From positions 693,975 through 757,974 of the forward strand of contig CAVSGI010000021.1 in assembly GCA_963727445.1 (NCBI GenBank): a DNA stretch of 64,000 bases, in the 5' to 3' direction. The notes beneath the pieces were generated by a model. It did no database searches and was not told where the DNA came from. It worked only from the letters and a program-made list of their open reading frames with translations. Both the position numbers and the translations under genes were made by a program. Shown piece after piece: positions 13,776 through 23,475 of the stretch. This DNA is from an uncultured delta proteobacterium (GTDB taxonomy: Bacteria; Myxococcota_A; Polyangia; Polyangiales; B10-G4). Numbering within the stretch: position 1 is the stretch's first letter; the number at the start of each line of letters is the position of its first letter.

Positions 13776-15008
13776 TCAGCGCCGCCGGCGGCGGCGGCGA
13801 ATGACGAGGGCGAGGCCGGCGGCGAGGAGAACGCCGGGCGCGCCCGCGTAGCGGAGGTCGCTGATGGTGGCGCCGCGTGCGTCGGCGCTGACGGGCGTGA
13901 CGTCGATCACGTGGAAGCGCGGGACGTCGTCGCCGCCCGGGAAGTCGAACTCCGGATCGACGGTCATGTCCTCGGGCGCCATCGTCGTGAAGAAGCGGGT
14001 CACGTAGGCGTTGCGGTCGAGGATGGCCTGGGCCTCGATGTCGGTGACGCCGCCCTGCAACGTGTCCGTGGGCGCCGCGTACTCGGTGACGAAGGCGCGC
14101 CCGCCGGCGTCGGAGATCGCGCGGGCGACCTCCACCGGATAGGTGGTCTGCGCCGTCACCGAGAAGTCGGGCCGGATGGCGTCGTAGTCGGGCTCGGTCG
14201 ACAGGTACGCGCCATCGGGCGCTGCGCGGTCCGGGCCGAAGGCGAGGACCATGACATCGAGGAGCGGCACCGAGGCGATCGCGGTGATGCGGAGCGGGAC
14301 GCAGGGCTTCTGGCCGGTGTAGGTGAGGACCACCGGATCGAGCGTGCCGGTGCCGACACCGACCGGCTCGTACTTGAACGCGACGAAGAGGTGCCCTTCG
14401 CTCACGTAGTCGCCGATGAGCGTCGCGGCCTCGTCGGGGACGTCGTAACCGTTGAGGCTCAGCCACTCGATCAGCTGATCGGAGGTGTCGCCCGAGATGG
14501 TCGCGGTCTCGTAGTCGCCGACGCGCGACGCGTCCCAGACCATCACGCCGTCCACGTCCATGGTGCCGTCCGCGAAACCCGCGCCGCCACGCGCGGAAGG
14601 CGCCGCATCGTACGCCGCTCCGCATCCGGCGCCGCCGCCGCCACCGCGGCTCGCGCCGGTCGCGCGATTCACGAAGCGGAACTGCGGGTTCGTCTGACCG
14701 TCGAGCTGATCGAAGGTCGCGGCGTCCGCGATACCCACCTCTGGCAGCCCGAGCACCGGGATGATCCACGAGAAACCGACCGGCGCGTTGCCGTCGTATC
14801 GGATCTGGACGTAGGCGCGGATGGTGCCGTCCTCGTGCTTTTCGAAGATCACCCGCTCCGCCGCCTGGACCACTGGCTGTGGCCCGCTCCCGCCTCCGTC
14901 GCAGAAGAAACCGCCGCAAGCCTCGGCGGGGGTGGGCAGACTCGCCCAGACGAGGCCTGCCACCAGGCCGGATGCGGCAAAAAGCCAGATCTTCGAGCTC
15001 GACACCAT
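13776..15008 (-). CDS. DUF2330 domain protein with C-terminal TM/Arg-rich anchor
   Basis: Signal ..AEA-CGGFFC, QAAERVIF, YVQIRYDG..FSWIIPV, WLSLNGY, PLRITAI, FVTEYA; GGAGG RBS. Confidence 0.85.
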   Translation of the reverse strand: MVSSSKIWLFAASGLVAGLVWASLPTPAEACGGFFCDGGGSGPQPVVQAAERVIFEKHEDGTIRAYVQIRYDGNAPVGFSWIIPVLGLPEVGIADAATFDQLDGQTNPQFRFVNRATGASRGGGGGAGCGAAYDAAPSARGGAGFADGTMDVDGVMVWDASRVGDYETATISGDTSDQLIEWLSLNGYDVPDEAATLIGDYVSEGHLFVAFKYEPVGVGTGTLDPVVLTYTGQKPCVPLRITAIASVPLLDVMVLAFGPDRAAPDGAYLSTEPDYDAIRPDFSVTAQTTYPVEVARAISDAGGRAFVTEYAAPTDTLQGGVTDIEAQAILDRNAYVTRFFTTMAPEDMTVDPEFDFPGGDDVPRFHVIDVTPVSADARGATISDLRYAGAPGVLLAAGLALVIRRRRRRR

Positions 15009-15024
15009 CGCTCCTCCAAACCCA

Positions 15025-15044
15025 GCTGTGCCAGATGGCACAGC
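15025..15044. promoter_or_regulatory. Perfect inverted repeat in the divergent DUF2330/PEGA intergenic region (operator or 5'UTR hairpin)
   Basis: GCTGTGCCA-GA-TGGCACAGC. Confidence 0.45.
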
Positions 15045-15187
15045 CTACCCACAAGCATATCAACAACCGTGCCGTTCTGGATCAAGGCCCTGAAAATCCG
15101 TTCAATGAGGCTCGAAGGCGCCTCGGGCGAATACGCGAGGGCAAGGACCCGTCCACCTGCCACCCCAATGCTTGAACTGACGCGCCC

Positions 15188-17539
15188 TTGGGTTCTACAA
15201 GGTGCGACACGGAGGTCCCTTTGGCTCGCTCGCACTCTTCGGCCCGCGCCTCGTTTGCGCTCTCGTTGCTGGTGTTCGCCGCTGGCTTCGTCGCCGCTCC
15301 CGCGGAGGCGCAGAGGCCAATCCCGGTCAACATCGAGTCGACTCCGCCAGGCGCGACCGTTCACCTCGACACCGACACAGGGCCGGTGCTCGGGACGACG
15401 CCGCTCCGCAACGTGCGGATCCCGCGCGGCTCGCACACGCTGATCTTCAAACTCGACAACCACGAAGAGGCGCGTCTGTCGGTGAACATTCGCCGCCGTC
15501 GCGAGACCTTCCGCGCCGTCCTCAATCCGCTGGCGACGGTGGTGATCAGCGCCGGCAATGCCGCTGCGAACAGCGCCGCCGTGCGCATCGACGGCCAACC
15601 CCTGGGCAACATCCCCTTCCGTCAAACGGTGCAACCCGGGCGGCATCTGATCCAGGTGGGGCGCGAGGGGTATGTGACCTTCTCGCAGTGGGTCGACCTC
15701 ACGGGTGGTCAGGTCTTCAGCCTGCCCGTGCTCCTCGAGCCCGAGGCGCCGACCACCGGCTCGCTCCTGGTCGCGTCCGACATCAGCGGTGTGCCCATCT
15801 ACGTCGACGGCGAGCAGCAAGGGACGACGCCGACGGTGATCGAGAACGTCGCCGTGGGCCGGCGGACCATCGAGCTGCGACCGCCGGGGGGCGAGCCGCG
15901 CACCGAGATCGTGGTGATCCAGGCAGGCCAGCGCGCGACGCTGAACGTCGAGCTGCGCGCGGGCCCCGCGGCGGTGGGAAGCCTGCGCGTCATCGCCAAC
16001 GTCCCCGGAGCGGTGATCAGCCTCGACGGGGAAGCGCTCGGCGAAGCGCCGGTCTCGAAGAACGACGTGAGCCCCGGTGATCACATCCTCGAAGCCAGCG
16101 CCAACGGCTTTCAGGACCTGCAGCAGCCGGTCACCATCGAGAGCGGCCGCCAGCAGGTGGTCTCCCTCCGCCTCGAGCGGGATGCCCGCGAGGCCGGGGA
16201 CATCATCGTGCGGACATCGGTGGGCTCGGCGGTGATCACGATCGACGGCGAGGAGCGCGGCAATCCGCCCGTGGTCGTGGACGCGCCGCCCGCCGGCACC
16301 CACGCCGTCGTCATCGTCGCCGACGGCTACGAGGACTTCCGCACGACGTGCGAGACCAGCCCGGGGAACAACTGCGAGATCGAGGCGCGGATGCGTCCGC
16401 GCGGCACGCCGGTGCACGTCGTGAGCAACGTGCGGGGTGCGCGGCTCACCGTCGACGGCCAGGTGGTCGGCCCGGTCCCCTACGAGGGCAACCTGCCCGT
16501 GGGACAGCATCGCATCGAGGTGCAGGCGCCCGGCTATCACAGCCACGTGGAAGAGGTGAACCTGCTCGCCAGCTCCGAGCCGCGCGAGTTCAACATCGCC
16601 CTCGCCGCCGAAGGCGATCTCTCGGATGAGGAGCGCGCGGAGCGGCGTCAGCAGCGCGAGGCCGAGTACACGGCGGCCAGCACCCACGCCGCGGCCGTGC
16701 TCCCCTCGGACCTCGCCGTCCTCGACATCGCCGCCGGCTTCCCCTACCTCGCCGAGCTCCGTCTCAACGTCGGCATCCTCGATTGGCTCGAGGGCGGCTT
16801 CGGGGTGCGGACCTTCGGGCGCCTCACCGAGTTCGAGGGGCGCATCAAGGCCGCGGTGAGGCCCATCCGGCAGCTCTCCATCGGCATCCAGATGCGGGTC
16901 GGCGGCGGTCTGGGCCCCGATCAGGGCATCGCTCAGGACGAGCAGTGGGAGGAGCAGTGCCTCGAAGGCGACACGCCGACCGATCCGGAGTTCGTCGCGA
17001 GCGGGCGGAGCAGTGCGTGCCCGGCCACCGGCACCGCCATGCCCGGGACCAACGTCCAGACGGCGTCCCACTCCACGAACACGCTCTTCCTCTCGATGGA
17101 GGCCATCGGCACGCTGCACTTCAGCGACGCTGGCGCCTTCAGCCTGTGGCTGGGCTTCGACGTGATCAGCGACAGCTACCACTACCTGGGGAGCGATTCG
17201 AGCTGCCTGCTCTACAGCGGGTACGGAGACGAGCTCATCACGCAGATGTACGACAGCGCCATGGGTACACCAACCGCCGCGAACCTGGCGTGCTCCATGA
17301 AGGACGACTTCGTCAAGGACATCACCGACCTCTCGAATCGTCCCGGCCCGCGCCAGGACATCGGCCGCCTCCGCCTCGGCGGCTCGCTCGACCTCGTCCT
17401 CAGCCGTCACTGGAACGTCTGGGCGGTCCTCGAAGGCATCCTCGCCGGTGACAAGCGGCGCGTCCTCGGCGACGTCTTCGGCCTCGGCGGGACCGACACC
17501 CAGCTCTATTTCCAGCTCGGTCTCTCCTACAAGTTCTGA
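15188..17539 (+). CDS. Multi-PEGA domain outer-membrane protein with C-terminal beta-barrel
   Basis: Signal ..AEA-Q; about six PEGA repeats (S.P.GA.V..DG...G.TP...G.H); ends GLSYKF (C-terminal aromatic residue). Start uncertain. Confidence 0.85.
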   Translation: MGSTRCDTEVPLARSHSSARASFALSLLVFAAGFVAAPAEAQRPIPVNIESTPPGATVHLDTDTGPVLGTTPLRNVRIPRGSHTLIFKLDNHEEARLSVNIRRRRETFRAVLNPLATVVISAGNAAANSAAVRIDGQPLGNIPFRQTVQPGRHLIQVGREGYVTFSQWVDLTGGQVFSLPVLLEPEAPTTGSLLVASDISGVPIYVDGEQQGTTPTVIENVAVGRRTIELRPPGGEPRTEIVVIQAGQRATLNVELRAGPAAVGSLRVIANVPGAVISLDGEALGEAPVSKNDVSPGDHILEASANGFQDLQQPVTIESGRQQVVSLRLERDAREAGDIIVRTSVGSAVITIDGEERGNPPVVVDAPPAGTHAVVIVADGYEDFRTTCETSPGNNCEIEARMRPRGTPVHVVSNVRGARLTVDGQVVGPVPYEGNLPVGQHRIEVQAPGYHSHVEEVNLLASSEPREFNIALAAEGDLSDEERAERRQQREAEYTAASTHAAAVLPSDLAVLDIAAGFPYLAELRLNVGILDWLEGGFGVRTFGRLTEFEGRIKAAVRPIRQLSIGIQMRVGGGLGPDQGIAQDEQWEEQCLEGDTPTDPEFVASGRSSACPATGTAMPGTNVQTASHSTNTLFLSMEAIGTLHFSDAGAFSLWLGFDVISDSYHYLGSDSSCLLYSGYGDELITQMYDSAMGTPTAANLACSMKDDFVKDITDLSNRPGPRQDIGRLRLGGSLDLVLSRHWNVWAVLEGILAGDKRRVLGDVFGLGGTDTQLYFQLGLSYKF

Positions 17540-17598
17540 CAGGCCCTCGAGCCGCGGGCGGTGGTCGCCCCGAAGGCGGCCGTGCTAGCGTCACGAGG

Positions 17599-18600
17599 GT
17601 GAGGTCGCTCGCGCCCTTGATGTTCGTGGCGCTCTTCGGGGCGAGCTCCGTCAGCGCGCAGGACTCTCAGAGCGAAGAGACGACGAGCGTGGAGCCACTG
17701 GTCCTGCGTCCCACGCCCGAGCTTCGGAGGCTCTCGGGGCGGGTGGCCCACACGATTCACCGCCGCACGGGTGCGCGGGTGATCCTCGGCGAGGAGCCGC
17801 CGCCGGAGCTCCTCGAGGCCGTCCCCGCGCGGCACGTGGCCATCGCCCGGCGCGAGGACAACCCCGCCGAGATCCGCGTCGTCTTCGGAGGCGAGGAGGG
17901 GATCAGCTACGGCACGACCGTCTTCCTGACGCGTCTGTCGGGGGACGCAGCCGAGCGCGCCATCGCCCTCGCGATCGAGGCGCTCGAAGACGCGGCCCGC
18001 GACGGGCCTCCGCCCGACACCGCGGAGCACGGCTCGGCCTGGGTCACGCGCTATACGTTGATCACGCCCCTGCCGCGGCCAGAGCCCGTGGAGGCCATCG
18101 CCAAGCCGACGATCTTTCTGCGCCTCCTGCTCGGCTACTCGCCCACGCGGGGTCAGGTGTTGATCGGTCCTGGCGCGGGCCTCGGCCTCTGCGTCGGGCC
18201 GCACTGCGTGGTGCTCGAAGGTGATCTGCCGCTCGTCCCGAGCGAGACCACCGCCAACGACGGCGCCACCGTCTCCTATCGCCCGGTCAACGTGAGCGTC
18301 CGCGGTCAGTTCCGTCCCAAGTGGAGCGACACCTGGATCCCCGGTATCTCGATCGGATTCGTGACGCGCATCGGCAATGCCTCGATCGTCGACACCGACA
18401 TCAGCCAGACCGTGTCGAACCTCGGGATCCGCGGCACGGTGGAGCTCGCGTGGCGCTTCATCCCGCGCTTCGAGTTCGTCGTCGAAGCCGGCATGGACGT
18501 CGCGATCAGCCGCGCGCAGTTCGTGCGCTACGGTGAGGTCGTGGCCCTCGAGGATTTCTGGACGCCATGGTTCGTCACCTCTTTCAGGCTTCGCCCATGA
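17599..18600 (+). CDS. Secreted protein with probable C-terminal outer-membrane beta-barrel
   Basis: Signal peptide, Pro-rich linker, amphipathic beta-strands; directly upstream of the ECF sigma gene (ATGA overlap). Confidence 0.65.
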   Translation: MRSLAPLMFVALFGASSVSAQDSQSEETTSVEPLVLRPTPELRRLSGRVAHTIHRRTGARVILGEEPPPELLEAVPARHVAIARREDNPAEIRVVFGGEEGISYGTTVFLTRLSGDAAERAIALAIEALEDAARDGPPPDTAEHGSAWVTRYTLITPLPRPEPVEAIAKPTIFLRLLLGYSPTRGQVLIGPGAGLGLCVGPHCVVLEGDLPLVPSETTANDGATVSYRPVNVSVRGQFRPKWSDTWIPGISIGFVTRIGNASIVDTDISQTVSNLGIRGTVELAWRFIPRFEFVVEAGMDVAISRAQFVRYGEVVALEDFWTPWFVTSFRLRP

Positions 18601-19268
18601 GCCGCTTCCGAATGAAGAGGGTCGTCGTTGGAAAGGAGGGGGCTCCGGAGCGACTCAGGTCTGTGGGACAGGGCGCGCGGGTGGTGACGATCGCCAAGAA
18701 TGCGGAAATCGAAGATGAATTCGAGAACTTGCGCCTTGCCGGGGCGGGGGACGAGAGCGCCGTGCGCTGGCTCTTTCGCACGCATCTCGGCCTCATCCAT
18801 CGGACCTGTGCCCGGATCCTCGGCCCGAGCGATCCCGAGCTCGAGGACGTGGTGCAGAAGGTCTTCCTCGCTGCGCTCGAGGCCGCGCACCGCTTCGACG
18901 GCCGCTCGAAGGTCTCCACCTGGTTGGTGGGTATCGCCACGCGCCGGGCGCTCGACCAGGCGCGGGCGCGCTATCGGCAGAACCGGTGGCGGACGATGAA
19001 GGAGACGGTCGGCCTCGGGCGTGCGGCGGCGCGGCCGGACACCCGTCACCACGCCCTCAGGGAGGCGCACGACGCGCTCGCGCAGCTCACGCCGGACCAG
19101 CGCACGGTGTTCGTGCTGAACGCGGTCGAGGGCTACACGTTCAAGGAGATTCAGGAGATGACCGGGGTCGGCATCTCCACGTTGCACGCGCGCCTCAAGG
19201 CTGCGCGCAAACGCCTCGACGCATTGATGGCCGAGGCCGACGGAGGAAACGATGGATCGGCCGCCTAG
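18597..19268 (+). CDS. ECF RNA polymerase sigma-70 factor
   Basis: [19 protein letters not shown] (region 2), [14 protein letters not shown]...RL..AR (region 4). Start uncertain. Confidence 0.92.
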   Translation: MSRFRMKRVVVGKEGAPERLRSVGQGARVVTIAKNAEIEDEFENLRLAGAGDESAVRWLFRTHLGLIHRTCARILGPSDPELEDVVQKVFLAALEAAHRFDGRSKVSTWLVGIATRRALDQARARYRQNRWRTMKETVGLGRAAARPDTRHHALREAHDALAQLTPDQRTVFVLNAVEGYTFKEIQEMTGVGISTLHARLKAARKRLDALMAEADGGNDGSAA

Positions 19269-20736
19269 CGGGAGCGACCGCGTCGCCGCTCTCCTCGAGA
19301 GCGAGCCCGAGCTCGACGAGCTCACGCGCTTGCGTATGGAGAAGAACCTCCTGTCGGCGGTGGAGGCAGGCGAGCACCTGGCGATCGACGATGAGGAGAG
19401 GGCGGGCGCCGAGCGTCCTTCGCCCGGGCGCCGCGTGCGCGGTGGTCTCGTCGTGGCGGCGGTGATCGCAGCGGCCGCGGCGGTGGCCTTCGTGGTGCTG
19501 GGCGATGCCGCCGACGGCGCGCACCCCGAGGTCGCCCGGAGCGAGCACGCGAGCTTCCTCCGCTATCACGAGGGCGAGACCGCGGAGCGCGGTGAGCTGG
19601 CCGCTGGCCACGCCCTGTCGACCGAAACGGGCGAGCGCTTCGAGGTGCGCATGGGCGCGGCACGCGTGGACGTGACCCCCACCTCCGAGGTGCACTTCGC
19701 GCGCCTCGACGCCCAGCGGGTGGAGGTCGAGCTCACCCGCGGCGCGGTGGAGGTCGAGCTTCACCCTGCGCGGCGCGGCGATCAGACCCTGCGCGTCACC
19801 ACGAGTCGCGCCTTCGTCGACGTGGTCGGCACCGTCTTCCGCGTCTCCATCGACGATGGTGACACCCTGGTCTCCACGGTCGAGGGCACGGTGCGCGTGA
19901 CCCCGCGAGACGGCGGGGACGTCCGGCTGGTGCGGGGCGGGGAGGAGACGCGGGTGGGGGCGTCGACGGTGGCGGCGCAGATGGAAATGGAGACAGAGAC
20001 GGGGAGGACGGGGACGGGAGCGGGAACGGGAACGGGAACGGGAACGGGAACGGGAACGGGCACGGGAACGGGAACGGGAACGGGAACGGGAACGGGAGCG
20101 GGGACGGGAACGGGAGCGGGAGCGGGCACGGGCACGGGCACGGGCACGGGAACGGGAACGGGAACGGAGACGGGAACGGGAACGGGAACGGGAACGGGAA
20201 CGGGAACGGGAACGGGAACGGGAACGGAGACGGGAACGGGAACGGGAACGGAGACGGGAACGGGAACGGGCATGGGAGCGGGCACGGGCGCGGGAGAGGA
20301 GGCGGAGGCCGACTCCGCCGCGGCGACCCTCGCTTCACCTCCGACCGTTCAATCTCGCTTCGATGCTGCCGAGGCGCGCCTCGATGCCAGTGATCACATC
20401 ACCGGACGTCGCATCCTCGGCCGGATCGCCATGAACACACACGTTGCGGCGCACCGCGTGCGCGCGCACACGTTGATCGCCGAGTCCTTCACGGCGCAGC
20501 ACCGCTATCGCGAAGCGGCGATGGCCTACGCGCAGGCGGTGGCCGCCGGTGGCGATTCGGTGGCCGCGCAGAACGCGCTCTTCGCCCAGGGCCGCCTCTA
20601 CGAGCGCCAGATGCACGACCGCGCCGCGGCCGCCGATGCCTACCGGCGCTACCTCGAGCTCGCTCCGGGCGGCGCCCACGCCGACCACATCCACCGCGCG
20701 CTCTGTCGCATGGGATACGAGGAACACTGTCAATGA
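19252..20736 (+). CDS. FecR-type anti-sigma factor with (Thr-Gly)n linker and C-terminal TPR
   Basis: N-terminal cytoplasmic segment, TM, FecR motif [27 protein letters not shown]. Confidence 0.88.
   Translation: MDRPPSGSDRVAALLESEPELDELTRLRMEKNLLSAVEAGEHLAIDDEERAGAERPSPGRRVRGGLVVAAVIAAAAAVAFVVLGDAADGAHPEVARSEHASFLRYHEGETAERGELAAGHALSTETGERFEVRMGAARVDVTPTSEVHFARLDAQRVEVELTRGAVEVELHPARRGDQTLRVTTSRAFVDVVGTVFRVSIDDGDTLVSTVEGTVRVTPRDGGDVRLVRGGEETRVGASTVAAQMEMETETGRTGTGAGTGTGTGTGTGTGTGTGTGTGTGTGAGTGTGAGAGTGTGTGTGTGTGTETGTGTGTGTGTGTGTGTGTETGTGTGTETGTGTGMGAGTGAGEEAEADSAAATLASPPTVQSRFDAAEARLDASDHITGRRILGRIAMNTHVAAHRVRAHTLIAESFTAQHRYREAAMAYAQAVAAGGDSVAAQNALFAQGRLYERQMHDRAAAADAYRRYLELAPGGAHADHIHRALCRMGYEEHCQ
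20008..20295 (+). repeat. In-frame hexanucleotide microsatellite (GGAACG)n with variants
   Basis: About 290 bp of GGAACG/GGCACG/GGAGCG/GAGACG units encoding (TG)n. Confidence 0.97.
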
Positions 20737-21944
20737 GAGCGCTCGCCGTCGGCTTCGCGGTTCTTCTCACCGCATGCACCCGCATCATCCTCCTCGAGGG
20801 GGACAGCGGCCTCCGCCCGCGCGACGCCTCGGTCGACGCCGTGATCGTCGACGGAAGCACGGACGTCGGTCGCGACGGAGGGCCCGACACCGGCGTCATG
20901 CTCCCGACCGGGAAGTGCTCGGAGTCGAGCCAGGTCGATCTGCTCTTCATCGTCGACAATTCCAACTCCATGACCGAAGAGCAGGCGCAGCTGGCCGCCC
21001 AGCTTCCGAGCTTCGTCGAGACGCTTCGCAATCCGCCCGACAGCGACGGCGACGGGGAGGCGGACTTTCCTCCGATCGACGACCTGCACGTCGGCGTCGT
21101 CACCAGCGACATGGGCACGGGCGGCTTCCTGGTGCCGACCTGCAGCGAGCCCAACTTCGGCGACGACGGCGTTCTGCGCACCACGGGCAACACCGCCATC
21201 ATGGGTTGCAGCGCCACCTATCCGCCCTTCCTGAATTACACTGCCGGTGACGACCCGGCGGCCTTCGCGGCCGAGGTGGGCTGCGTGGCGGTGGCGGGCA
21301 CCGGCGGCTGCGGATTCGAGCAGCAGCTCGAAGCGGCGCTCAAGGCGGTGACGCCGAGCACTTCGGACATCACGTTCGCGATGGGCACCACCGGCCACGC
21401 TGACGGCGCGAACGCCGGCTTTCTGCGGCCGGCGTCCATGCTGGGCGTCATCCTCGTGACCGATGAGGAGGACTGCTCCGCGCTGGATCCCGAGCTCTTC
21501 GACCCGAGCACCGCGGTCTACACCGGCGACCTCAACCTCCGCTGCTTCAGCTATCCCGGCGCCGTTCATCCCATCGATCGATACATCGATGGGTTCCGCG
21601 CCCTGCGGAGTGACCGCCCGGACCTCTTCACCTTCGTGGCCATCGCCGGCGTGCCGGCGGACCTCGCGCCTGCGGCGGTCACCGACCCCGACGAGATGGA
21701 CGCCATCCTGGCGGACCCGCGCATGGCCGAGGAGATCGACCCGGAGATGCCGACGCGTCTCAGGCCTTCGTGCGACGAGCCGGGCATCGGCTTGGCGTTT
21801 CCTCCGCGGAGGCTGGTGGGCGTCGCCCGAGCCTTTCCCGGGCAATCTGTCGTCGCCAGCATTTGCCAGCGGGACTGGACCGTACCCGTTCAGACGATCA
21901 GCGACACGGTCGGTCGAAGAGCTTGCACCTCTTACCTCCGGTGA
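20733..21944 (+). CDS. Myxobacterial Cys-containing vWA-like lipoprotein
   Basis: Lipobox LLTA-C; MIDAS-like [42 protein letters not shown]. Confidence 0.8.
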   Translation: MRALAVGFAVLLTACTRIILLEGDSGLRPRDASVDAVIVDGSTDVGRDGGPDTGVMLPTGKCSESSQVDLLFIVDNSNSMTEEQAQLAAQLPSFVETLRNPPDSDGDGEADFPPIDDLHVGVVTSDMGTGGFLVPTCSEPNFGDDGVLRTTGNTAIMGCSATYPPFLNYTAGDDPAAFAAEVGCVAVAGTGGCGFEQQLEAALKAVTPSTSDITFAMGTTGHADGANAGFLRPASMLGVILVTDEEDCSALDPELFDPSTAVYTGDLNLRCFSYPGAVHPIDRYIDGFRALRSDRPDLFTFVAIAGVPADLAPAAVTDPDEMDAILADPRMAEEIDPEMPTRLRPSCDEPGIGLAFPPRRLVGVARAFPGQSVVASICQRDWTVPVQTISDTVGRRACTSYLR

Positions 21945-21990
21945 TCTCTCGCTTGAGCGGTCGGCAAGAGTCGCGGTAGCGTCCACGCCC

Positions 21991-22281
21991 ATGGGGAGCG
22001 CCCGGAGTAGCGATGTCGAAGGCATGAAGGTCTTCGCCCAGGCCGGGCGAGAGATCGGCGTGGTGATGGGTCTCGACGTCGACCTGAGTGACTTCACCAT
22101 TCGCACGATGGAGATCAAGCTCCGGCGCGAGATCCTCGAGTCCCTGAAGATGAAGGTCCCGCTGATGGGGACACAGACCATCCACCTCCCTGTCGAGCAC
22201 GTCGAAGCGATCGGCGACACGGTGGTGCTGTCGACGACCGTCGAGGAGCTGTCGGCTCTCGATCTCGGCGAGGAAGGATGA
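21991..22281 (+). CDS. PRC-barrel domain protein
   Basis: GMKV...GREIG.V..L.VD; LPVEHVEAIGDTVVL. Confidence 0.8.
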   Translation: MGSARSSDVEGMKVFAQAGREIGVVMGLDVDLSDFTIRTMEIKLRREILESLKMKVPLMGTQTIHLPVEHVEAIGDTVVLSTTVEELSALDLGEEG

Positions 22282-22285
22282 GGCG

Positions 22286-22936
22286 ATGATCGAGGGGAAC
22301 TTCATCGTGCTCGAAGGCGTCGACGGCGCCGGGACGACTACCCACACCAAGCTCCTCGCCAATGGGCTGGGCGACCGGGGGTTGCCGGTGCACATCACAC
22401 GCGAGCCCAGCGACGGGCCGGTGGGCATGCTCCTGCGGCAGATACTCACCGGGCGGATCATCGTACCCGGCATGCAAGGCGGACGGCCGCCCAACTGGAC
22501 GACCATGGCGCTGCTCTTCGCCGCCGACCGCACCGATCATTGCGAGTCGGAGATCGTTCCCAATCTGATGGACGGCGTGACGGTGGTCAGCGATCGCTTC
22601 GACTACTCCTCGGTGGCGTATCAGTCCATCACCGGAGGTGGGGGCGACGAAGTCGTGAACTGGGTGGCCACCCTCAACAAGCACGCGCGCCGGCCGGATC
22701 TCACCATCGTCCTCGACGTCCCGCCGGAGGTGGCGGCGAAGCGCCGGCTCACCCGGACCGCCGGTCGAGAGATGTACGATGATGGGGAGCTGCAGGAGGC
22801 TCTCGCCTCGTTCTACTCGAGCATCGAGACGCACTTCCCGGACGACATGATCGTCCACGTCGACGCGGACCGAGACGTCGAGGTCGTCGCCGCCGAGATC
22901 ATGCGGCACGTCCGGAGGCTCCGAAACGAGGACTGA
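22286..22936 (+). CDS. tmk: Thymidylate kinase
   Basis: EGVDGAGTTT P-loop, TREP, LLFAADR, DRF..SS.AYQ, PDLTIVLD. Confidence 0.96.
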   Translation: MIEGNFIVLEGVDGAGTTTHTKLLANGLGDRGLPVHITREPSDGPVGMLLRQILTGRIIVPGMQGGRPPNWTTMALLFAADRTDHCESEIVPNLMDGVTVVSDRFDYSSVAYQSITGGGGDEVVNWVATLNKHARRPDLTIVLDVPPEVAAKRRLTRTAGREMYDDGELQEALASFYSSIETHFPDDMIVHVDADRDVEVVAAEIMRHVRRLRNED

Positions 22937-22999
22937 GGGCCGCGCGCCGGCACCGCCGGTAATTTCGAATCGGCTGGCGATGCGCCCTACACCAACGGC

Positions 23000-23464
23000 A
23001 TGCGCATCACGATCCTCAGCGCCTTGACCCTTCTCCTCTCGGGTTGCGGGGGCGGAACGGCGCAGACGACTCCCGAGCGCGCCGAGGCGCCAGCGCCCGA
23101 GCCCGCGCCCGCGGAGGCGCCGCCGCCTCCTCCTTCGGTGGAGGGACAGATTTCGCGGGCCTCGCTGAACGTCGTTCTCGACGCCGGCCTCGGCCGCTTC
23201 CTCCAGGGCGTCGTCACCGAGCCCCACCTCGAAGACGGACACTTCGTGGGCTTCCGACTGGTGAGCCTCTACCCCGACGACGAGCGGATGCGGTCGGTCG
23301 ATCTCGTCCCCGGTGACGTCGTCACCAAGGTCAACGGTCAGCCCATCGAGCGGCCCGAGCAGGCGATGCGCGTCTGGAGCTCGCTGCGGGTCGCGAGCGA
23401 GCTCCTCGTCGACTACCAACGCGACGGCGAGGAGCGCCAGCTGCGCTTCGCCATCGTCGACTGA
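23000..23464 (+). CDS. Lipoprotein with stand-alone GspC-like PDZ domain
   Basis: Lipobox LLSG-C; GFRL...L.PGDVVTKVNG.PI. Confidence 0.75.
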   Translation: MRITILSALTLLLSGCGGGTAQTTPERAEAPAPEPAPAEAPPPPPSVEGQISRASLNVVLDAGLGRFLQGVVTEPHLEDGHFVGFRLVSLYPDDERMRSVDLVPGDVVTKVNGQPIERPEQAMRVWSSLRVASELLVDYQRDGEERQLRFAIVD

Positions 23465-23475
23465 GCGGTCGCGCC

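Noticed and set aside
19782..20338. (PV)n and (PF)n ORFs on the minus strand
   Set aside because: They are alternative readings of the GGAACG microsatellite
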